Assembly (NCBI GenBank): GCA_010909165.1
Contig: MU008166.1
Coordinates: 434,001-498,000, forward strand
Length of the DNA: 64,000 bases
From: Anthoceros angustus
Lineage: Eukaryota > Plantae > Anthocerotophyta
Reading direction: 5' to 3'
A program made the position numbers and the translations under genes. Below are positions 11,119 through 20,050 of this stretch, in pieces. The notes under the pieces were generated by a model. That model was not told the DNA's origin. It did not search any database and worked only from the letters and a program-made list of their open reading frames with translations. How positions within the stretch are numbered: position 1 is the first letter of the stretch; every line of letters begins with the position of its first letter.

Positions 11119-12492
11119 ATGTTGCGCACCTTGTGTAACATCTTGGCACCACGCATGCAATTTTGCATAAAAAGCTCAAGGAAATGGCAACAATTGAAGA
11201 GAATCCTAGTGGAATTGTGGAATTCAATTTATGAGTTTATGTGCTATAATATTGTGCATATAATTTATGTCTCGCTTTTCTTGTTCTTGGTTGTTTTCAC
11301 TTTCAAGCTGGGGGACAATATTAATGCTTATAATAGTGATGAAACAACAGATCCTGTTCAACGGCTCCTTCCCGGTAAGCATTGTCTCACACACTCGGGC
11401 AGGCTACCTTGGATGCCGATGCTTCATCACCCAGCTCTTGAGCTGAAATTGTCGATTGTGACAACAACGGCAGCAAGTTTAGATTTATTGTTGCCTTGGG
11501 TCTTCTACCACAAGGTGATTGGCGTCAGCAATTTTTACATGTTCGTGGAGGGGGAGGCAGCGTCACAAAATAACACAATGATATTACAAAACATCCCAGG
11601 TGTGAAGGTAATAAAGCGCGACGAGGAGCTGGATAGGAAACAAAAAGAAAGTCGAATTTGGAATGAGACTTGGCTCTCTCCCTTTTTCAACAAGCCCTGC
11701 AACAATGAGTTGTTTGTGAAGCAAAGCTTTAATATGGAGATGGGAATTGCGCTAGCCAAGGAGGCTGGCATGGACTGGATTATGCATCTGGACAGCGATG
11801 AGCTAGTATATCCGGCGAATTCACCCGATAATAGCATTACGAGTATATTGGCTGAAGTTCCTAAAGATGTGGATCAAGTCGTTTTTCACAATGACGAAGC
11901 CGCAGTCGAGAGAGACGATATTATAGACCCTTTTACCGAGGTCACCTTGTTCAAGAGGAATCAAGCGATGGTGCCATCTGATATCCACCGTAAGTTTCGA
12001 TCTACGATCTACAAAAACAAGCACTATTTCTTAACATACGCGAATGGCAAGGCTGCAGCTCGGATTCAAGATAACTTGCGCCCTAGCGGGGCTCATAGGT
12101 GGGGTACCTACTCTAGATCTAGAAGGCTAAGGAGTAAGCACCTAGAGGAGTCAGTTGTTTTGCACTACTCTTACACTAGATTCTCAGATCTAACCTCGAG
12201 GAAGAATCGTTGCGGCTGTGATCCCGAACTCAAGACTTTGAAGAGATGTATCATGCTTCCATTTGATCGTGAGGCTTATGTGATTGCTGGCTCAAATGCC
12301 ACTGAGGCTAGAATGCGGACATGGTACCAAGCAAAAGTGGTATGGTCTAAGAGAGAAGACGTGCTTAAATTGTTGAAGCTTGGAGTAATGCGTCGGACCA
12401 CTGGCCCACAAATAATTATTCAGGGCCTAAGGGAAGCTGGGGTTTTTAAGGATGCCATAGAAAAAGGTTATAAGGACGGCACAGGTGAGTGA
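11119..12492 (+). CDS. KOB1: KOBITO1/ELD1-like glycosyltransferase-like protein, intronless (start at 11119 or 11239)
   Basis: Motifs LLPWVFYHKVIGVSNFYMFVEG, SRIWNETWLSPFFNKPCNNELFVKQSFNMEMGI, MDWIMHLDSDELVYP, FLTYANGKAAARIQDNLRPSGAHRW and VLHYSYTRFSDLTSRKNRCGC, with an N-terminal hydrophobic anchor. Confidence 0.9.
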   Translation: MLRTLCNILAPRMQFCIKSSRKWQQLKRILVELWNSIYEFMCYNIVHIIYVSLFLFLVVFTFKLGDNINAYNSDETTDPVQRLLPGKHCLTHSGRLPWMPMLHHPALELKLSIVTTTAASLDLLLPWVFYHKVIGVSNFYMFVEGEAASQNNTMILQNIPGVKVIKRDEELDRKQKESRIWNETWLSPFFNKPCNNELFVKQSFNMEMGIALAKEAGMDWIMHLDSDELVYPANSPDNSITSILAEVPKDVDQVVFHNDEAAVERDDIIDPFTEVTLFKRNQAMVPSDIHRKFRSTIYKNKHYFLTYANGKAAARIQDNLRPSGAHRWGTYSRSRRLRSKHLEESVVLHYSYTRFSDLTSRKNRCGCDPELKTLKRCIMLPFDREAYVIAGSNATEARMRTWYQAKVVWSKREDVLKLLKLGVMRRTTGPQIIIQGLREAGVFKDAIEKGYKDGTGE

Positions 12493-13043
12493 CCACAGGG
12501 ATTATCTAGGAAGTTGGGTTTTTCAGGGATGCCTTGAAAAAGGGTTGCAAGGACGCTAAGCTGAGTTCTTACATGGTACTTCTAAGCTATTATATAAAAG
12601 TGGTATTAGACAAATCTCTTAGTGCATTTGAGGCAAACCTTCTTGTTCTTGCTGTGGAGTTACATACTTTACCATGCCATGTAATGAGCATTTCAGTTAC
12701 ATTATGTTAATTACATTGTGTTTCTTGGAATAGTATTTTTATCTTAAAATAAGATAATACTTCTTTAAAATTACTATTATATTATATTATATTATATTAT
12801 ATAAATATAATATATATTCAGAAAAAAAACCAACCTAGCATATACTTCGGAGTTTGCAATGGCACGAAGCAACAATGACATACGAGTAGGTCAACCCATA
12901 CAAGCAATCCAGAACACTTTTCAACGTGATAAACTTTAAGAGCTCTGAAAGGTTTAGTGCCTTATAATTGTACAACAAACGTTATCAAATTTGATTTAGA
13001 ATCTGTTGTAACTGAGTGCTTATTGTTACAATGGTGGATTGGC

Positions 13044-13712
13044 TCACCTCCCGCGACCATACCAGGTCGCAGGGTCCGCGCCTTCGGCATCGTCAGGCCT
13101 CTTGCCCTTCACAGTCTTGTCAGATGGGTCGCGGTGGGGATGGGGATGGTGGGGTTTGGGATGGTGCGGATGGGGCGGATGGGCATGAGGGTGCTGGTGA
13201 TGTCCATGGTGATGAGGAGTTGGAGCCGGCCCATTGTGGTGGTGGTGAGCAGGCTTAGGAGCCGGCGCCTTGTGATGGTGAGCCGGCTTAGGAGCGGGCG
13301 CCTTGTGGTGGTGCTCGTGGTGCGCCGGCGATGGAGCGTGCGCCTTCTTGTGGTGGTGTCCGTGGTGAGTCGGCGATGGAGCGTGCGCCACCTTCTTGTG
13401 GTGGTGTTCGTGGTGAGCCGGCGATGGAGCGGGCGCCCCGTGGTGGTGAGGATGATGGTACCACCGCTTGTGGTGCCCGCCGTAGGCGCCCGGGAGAGTC
13501 GAGTCCACCTGCGGGAGGTGGCTGCTTAGCTCCGTGTCCGAAACCACGTTCTCCTGCGACAGTACAGTGAGCTTATCGAACTCGCTCAACTCCGGAAGCT
13601 GGTCCGTCCATGAGGTGAGCTCCACGGTGTGGTGCGACGAGCACGCCGCGCCGATGATCGCGACCGCCAAGGCGAGGAGGAGAGCCGAGAGCCGGGCCTT
13701 GGAAGCCGCCAT
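13044..13712 (-). CDS. Second secreted His/Pro-rich protein, shorter paralog of 5648-7840
   Basis: Signal peptide MAASKARLSALLLALAVAIIGAACS; shares LPQVDS and H(H)KAPAP(S/K)PA units with gene 1. The TGA at 13044 overlaps a possible donor (AG|GTGAG), so the 3' end may be spliced. Confidence 0.75.
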   Translation of the reverse strand: MAASKARLSALLLALAVAIIGAACSSHHTVELTSWTDQLPELSEFDKLTVLSQENVVSDTELSSHLPQVDSTLPGAYGGHHKRWYHHPHHHGAPAPSPAHHEHHHKKVAHAPSPTHHGHHHKKAHAPSPAHHEHHHKAPAPKPAHHHKAPAPKPAHHHHNGPAPTPHHHGHHQHPHAHPPHPHHPKPHHPHPHRDPSDKTVKGKRPDDAEGADPATWYGRGR

Positions 13713-13762
13713 CGCTGAAGAAGGCCTGCACAAGTAGTGGAATGAGAGATTGCCCGGGCGGC

Positions 13763-14040
13763 GTTTTATAGCGGCTCCGGCGCCCGCCCCGAGATCTGGA
13801 CGTCGGGGCAACGTCACTGGGGAATGCATGCCTCTTCCAGTGTGCAGGAATCGACAAGTCTTGCTCCTGATTCCCGAGCATTTTCCTCATGTGGAAGAGG
13901 ATTGTGAACAGCCTGATCAAGCAGTCGAACGAGTTTTAGTAAGTTAGAAATCTGGTGTGGGCCAAGGTGCAAGAATCGAGAGGTGTTCTGTCCTGATTCT
14001 CGAACATTTTCCTCCTGTCGAGCCTGCATTCGCAAATCAA
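13763..14040 (-). promoter_or_regulatory. TATA box (TATAAAA on minus strand) and conserved upstream blocks of His-rich gene 2
   Basis: ttttatag, gagatctggacgtcgggg, ggtgcaagaatc, cctgattc(c/t)cga(g/a)cattttcctc twice, and tgtcgagcctgcattcgcaaatca. Confidence 0.55.
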
Positions 14041-14680
14041 ATAAGTCGCTGAGTTTCGGCTTCGCGAATCGTGTCTGTGGCCGGTGCTACCTGTCTCGGT
14101 CTTGGGAAAGGCGAGTTGTGCATCTCCCTGATCGGAAGTCCTTGACCGTGCTTCCGATCCAAACTTTGTTGTTTTCAGCCTTTCGGCAAACAGCAATCCT
14201 ACGGAAGCACAGTACACGAGATCCAAAAGTACCTACCCGCATACTCCACCGCTATGCATCCGTGACAGGTAGCATATGCATGCATCGAGTCTTAGTCACG
14301 CCCGCATCGCTCCCCGTTCAGTAAAACAATGTTGCGGAATCGCGCGGAATACACCAAACCGAGCTTGGATCGTGCGTTCACCAGGCTGGTCTGGTGTGCA
14401 CTGCGATGCTTGGCTTGGCTTAGACTAGTGCCATCCTGCCATCCTGCCATCCTGCCATCCTGCCTTAGGAGGAACCGCGATTGCCGCTGGCTTGTGGAGA
14501 ATGACTCTTAGCCGTGCGCTTCCCTAGCCTGAATATGTTCACACACTGCTGGAAGCGGGATTGCGGAGCCTGCTGAGGTTCCCTGAAATCAACAGGCAAT
14601 TGGCCAGAGGCTAGTAACCGTTCTGAGTATAGGAACAACAAGCAAGCAGTCTCAAGTCTTCCGAAGATCCGTAGCTCTCA

Positions 14681-14776
14681 CGTGTACTCAAATTGCTCGG
14701 CGCTGTCCTTCTAAGTCAAGATCATGTTCGTGTACTCAAATTGCTCGGCGCTGTCCTTCTAAGTCAAGATCATGTT
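14681..14776. repeat. Perfect 48-bp tandem duplication
   Basis: cgtgtactcaaattgctcggcgctgtccttctaagtcaagatcatgtt occurs twice. A smaller tctgg(c/t)acttgcaatagaaggg duplication follows at about 14806-14860. Confidence 0.9.
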
Positions 14777-15392
14777 ACTTGCTTCCTCTGGTCTACGTTT
14801 CCAGATCTGGCACTTGCAATAGAAGGGGGACTCCTCAAATCTGGTACTTGCAATAGAAGGGAGCGGAATAACAAAGTTTGAGGGGAAGCCGGGCGGTGTA
14901 GACGCAAGCATGTGGTTTCAATGGCCTCGTTTAGGTCACGATGCTGCCGGCATCAAGCTCCAGCTTCGCAAGCCCCCGCTCTCAGTGTGCTGCATTCCGC
15001 GCGGTTCCGGAACGGTGTGATACCGAACGGGGAGTCATCGGGGATGAGGGATGCATGTGCCTGCCCGTCACAGTAAGAATTGGGAAACTATCTTGAAAGG
15101 CGCGTTTGCTTTAGGATTATCCATCTTGAAAAGCGAGAAGTGAGGTTTGTTCGTTTGGAGACGATTCTGAGCTTTATAACAAATGTACAGAAAGGTAGGT
15201 TGCCAGGACCAGATTGTTCATTGCTATTGTACTTCAAACGGGACCGATAACATGTTTCAAATAATTTTATTATACGAAAATTTACCCTCATATGTACAAC
15301 TGCTTGGAACACCGTGAAAGGAACTTGTTAGAAATATTGCGGAGTACATACTGCATAAACAGGCCATCACCAGTTACGCCCGAAAGTGTGTG

Positions 15393-18300
15393 TCAAAATT
15401 GGTCTGGTGGTGACTCTGCCCTCAACGGGAAAAGTTGCACCTCTTTCGTTTGCGCACCAGACTGTAACAAGTTTCTTGTATCTTCTTCTTCGATCTCATC
15501 TGTTTCCGTGGTAGTCCATGAATTGTAGACCATCCCCCCTTGCTCTTGCTTCCTGGACATGTAAGCAAACAAAGTACAGTCAACGGCACTGCTCTCCCAG
15601 AGGACAGGGTGCAATGGATAGGGTCAAGACAGGATCACACAGAATTGTAAAGCAGTGGAGATGGAGGAATCTGACCGTGCTGTGTAGTTCTTAGTCTCCA
15701 TATATGCAACGAGACCACCCACAGTAACAATCCATGCTACAAGCGCCCAGCGATACCCTCCAATGCTTAGATTGTCTGTCTCACTTAGTTGTGAGATGCC
15801 TGTGATGAGAGCAACTGCTCCTAGAACCACAGCAACACGGCCAGAGTATCTGGCAGTGATATCCATCACAGCATCCATGGGATCAGAAAAGAGGCGAGCT
15901 GGCAGAGAATGCAACTTCAAGAGAGGCAGGGCAGCACCACAAGTCTTTGGGACTCACATGTGGACGTACTCCCAAACAGCACGTTGAAGACTCCGGGACT
16001 CTCCAAACGGAGGCTTTGGAGGTCGAAAAAAAGCATTCATGGGTTGCCAGCAAGCCAGCACAATGCTGGCCATTCCAACTTTCATGTGAGCATTCCTCAT
16101 GTAGAACCTGCAAGACCAACCGCCACTCCTTAAGCCACCCCATTGTCATGACATGCAATCTTGTCCTAGGCAGAAGCTACACAGAACAAACTATTTCCGG
16201 CAGCACAAAGTGTTAGAAGGAAAAGCTCACCCTCCAAGTTCTGCTACAGCAAACAGAAGTCCTAGTAACATGACAACTAATCCTGAATACTGAGAGAACA
16301 TGTGCACCCTGCAAAGAAAAGCAACTGTCAGGCAGCATGCACTGAGCTCACGGCATTGACCAGAAAAAGCCTGAGGGAGGATCGCACCATATGTGCTACC
16401 CAGAAAGGAATATTTGATCAGTCCTATGGCAATGCAGTCTACTTACTGAAACCAGATCTGATGCTCCAAATGTTTTAGATATCGCGCCGCCAAAACTCCA
16501 CCTGGAAACAGCAATCCCCATGCCAGAAACATCATAAATCCATGAACCTGCAAACCCCAGGCATCATGGAGTTAAAACAACCAGTCATAATGCAAAGCAA
16601 AGCATCAAGAACAACACGTGAACTGGCAGTGATTGCTGGAGTGAAGAGAGGCCCTCTACCGCAAAAACGGGTACAAGGTCTTCAGTCTTTGCCTCTCCAG
16701 TAGTCAAATGAACGAGCAGTGGTCTACTGCTTGTTGAGGAATGCATGTTCTCAGTCGTCAAAGAATCTGTACGTCAGTAGAAATTTCTCCCTAATTTCAG
16801 AAGGGGAGGCCTGAATGTCCTGACCAGAACTCAACTCGTCTAAGAACTGAACAGAACAAGACCCCGGAACCTCATGACCTTCTTGACCTGCTTAGAATCA
16901 ACAATGCTTCGATGAAGAGGCTTACCTTTGCTCCAGGAAGCACCCATTGCCCAAACAACCTTTAGAACGTCAGAGGTCTCAATCACGTTCTTGCACTCCG
17001 CGCCTTTGACACAACCTGGCAGTAGTGGCCGGGTAAACTCAAATGTTATTCGACCGTCCTGCACAGTGCACCTTACTCCAGACAGCGACTCTGAGGTGGC
17101 ATGGACTTTTGATGGCTCCTTCCCATCAATCCAGTAAGTGCTGACCTTTCCAACTCCATTTTCATCAATCCAGCCAACATAGGCGAATGAATTCACCATG
17201 CCACTGCGACATTCGGATTTCAGCAGTTAGGACCATTGTCAGACAACCAGCAGATCTTAACGATTATAAGAAGTACAACCCTCATACGTACCTCCCAAAG
17301 GCAATAGCCAAATACCCGCTCTTCTTTTCCCCGCGCACTGCAAAGGATATTTCATCACTGGAAAGGGTCCAGAACAGTGTAACCTGAATACAGTCACCAA
17401 TTACCAAAAACATAAGAGAAATCAACCTGACCGTATAATTTGCTGCCCTGGCAGCACACAATGCAAGCAAGCGTACCTGCTCAAGGTCCAGAAGAGCACT
17501 TGAGTTATACATATCTGAAAGTCCACCATCAACTACTTGCACTTTCCAGCCCATCTTGGGTTGAGAGAATGACTGCAGAGCGCACCAAAGTCAGGCACCT
17601 GGCACTGCACCTACCCTCAAAGTTGGAGAATTGACTGAAGAACACTTCAGCAACATGACTTAAGGACCTATGTTTCCATTCGATGCACCGCTGACATGGA
17701 TATACCTGATAGAACACGTGATCTGGGGTACTGCTGTTTGGAAGCCATGTGAGAAGGTGTGGCAGGACAGGCACCCCGAATGTTTCGGGACCACCAGCAT
17801 AAATGGTCTCATTTCCGTTTGTCCTACCTCCAATGGCATCCGAAGTAATGTAGAAAGGGACATCGTAACCTGCTTGGACAGAAATCTTTACTGGAACTCC
17901 TCTTTCAACCTTCAAAAGAGGGGCCTCCTTTTGGTTGATGGAAAGGACTTTCTTAGGACTTGGAGGGTTTGGATAATGTTTAGACTCCACGCTCCCAATA
18001 ACTAAAGACACGCCTCGGTCAGCCACGACAATATCCCCCTGGTACACTTCAGAGGCAGCCAAAGGACCCACACATTCATCCACAGGGTCACCAAGAGTGA
18101 TGTTCTTCCATCCATATGTCGTCCCCCATGGATTATAATGGTTCTGAGGCGTGTAGTTCGGCACCAAGCTATCAGGCGGTTTCATGACACCACGAGCCCA
18201 GATCACCCTCATATTGGCATTGAGGTCAATAGGTATGTCGTACTCACTGTCTCCTGATTCTAGAGGTCTGCTATAACGAATCAGTGAAATACCTGCAATA

Positions 18301-19697
18301 TGACAAACAGCGCTTGTCTTTAGCAAGGCAAAAGCACATGATGAACTTTCTTCCATGATGACTAGAAACCTTTCAGGTCTGCATTTCATACCATCAACTT
18401 GCTGTCCATGGATAAGTGTGCTGTCATTTACATGCCTGTCATTGTCTTGAGCGAAAAACTTGTCAGGACATACCCCGTTAGGAGTTCGAGAATCCCAGTT
18501 GCAAGGCAAATATGCAGAAATATAATAGTCCTCGGCATAAGGCATCTCCTGCACAAATAAGTCCTCCTCAATCTTTCGTATCACAATGGGAGGTGGGGCA
18601 ACAAAATGGAACACCGTGCCTGAGACAAGAAGCAGTGGCGAAACAACACAATAACTAATCAATTGGAAAGAGACCATTACCTGCTCATCAAATCCAGCAA
18701 CTACCACATCAGAATTGATCATATAATGTCCCCTGCCCAAAATGGGAGCCCATCCAAAAGCCATGTATTCGGATTTTGCCAGAGCCGTTTCCAGTCCAAT
18801 ATCTACAGACCCCTTTCCCCAGTTCACAGTCCATCGAACTCTGAAACCGGCATTTAGCTGTATACAGTTGTCAAACATAGTCGGCTGGGGCAAACCATGA
18901 GTGATCAGTGTCCCATGATCTTCACTAGGGACAGGTGCTGGACTTGTTGGTGGTGGTGGTAAATCTGACGGCAATGGTGAAGGCGAGGGTGAAAAATTGA
19001 GACCAGGTCCAGCTTCAGGCATTCCAGCGCCAATCCCAGAGTCTGGCATAACCACAGGTTCAAGGAGGATGTGACCAAAATCGGAGGCAGTGGCTACATC
19101 CCAGATACCAAGCACTCTGAACTGGTCCCATGTACAATTACTCAGAGTCGCCTGCACCGCACCAATCACCCGATACAGAACATTACCTCCGCCCTCAAAA
19201 GGGAACGAGAAATGCCCTCAACAGCAAACGAGCTGAAAATTTTGACGAATCAACCAGGATAGAGACGGACATGGAGAGTGTGGTTGCTGTAAGTTTGGTT
19301 CAGCATTTGATCAGACACAGGACGCCCAGCTGTCAAGTTCTGAAAATCCTCCCCCATAGCTCCCCACCAATAAACTTGAATACCTGCAAGCATGTCGAAC
19401 TTGGTTACCTGCAACACGGACCCTGCCTATAAGAATCACCATATCTTTAGGGTTGCCATCACCCACGCGCAGATCTGGCATTTCCCACAAACCGAAATTC
19501 CGACCCACCTGGAATGTACAATCGTCCAGGATCTGGACAGATCCGCGCAGCTGGTGCTGAATCATACTGAGATCAGCAGTGAAACCCACCAGAGGGCTGC
19601 TGCTCGTGCATTGACCACCTGTCTCCGGGAGCCCCTCGTTGCCGAGCACACATGCGGCCAGGAGCAGCAGCCCCAAAGCCGCACAAAGAACCCGCAT
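15393..19697 (-). CDS. DM13 + DOMON + cytochrome b561 domain protein (At5g54830-like), multi-exon
   Basis: Signal peptide MRVLCAALGLLLLAACVLG; DM13 FTADLSMIQHQLRGSVQILDDCTFQV; DOMON segments FRVRWTV, YMAFGW, MINSDVVVAGF and LKVVWAMG; b561 transmembrane segments GRVAVVLGAVALITGI and ALVAWIVTVGGLVAYME. Confidence 0.88.
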
Positions 19698-20050
19698 GAT
19701 GATCACAAAGCCTCATGAAACGCACCGTTGGAGGACCATATCGGACTGTCCCACAAAATTGCCTCACGTGACAATCACAACCGTCCAGACGAAGCATGAG
19801 CAGTCTCCAGCTGCTACAAAGCTTCCGTGAAGATCTCCGTCGAGTCTCGTGGGCTCGGATTTCTCACGCATTAAGACATAAGAGACATACGCGTATTCCT
19901 GCGTCCCACAAACGCGTGCTTTACGAAATGTAATACGCATTATGCATAGTCCGTATCATACTCGTATAATACGGGGTAGTGAGCGTAGACAGGACGCGTT
20001 GGTGAGCGGCCTCGTCTTGTCCATGCACCTCCGACAGCGGTCTCTGAGCG

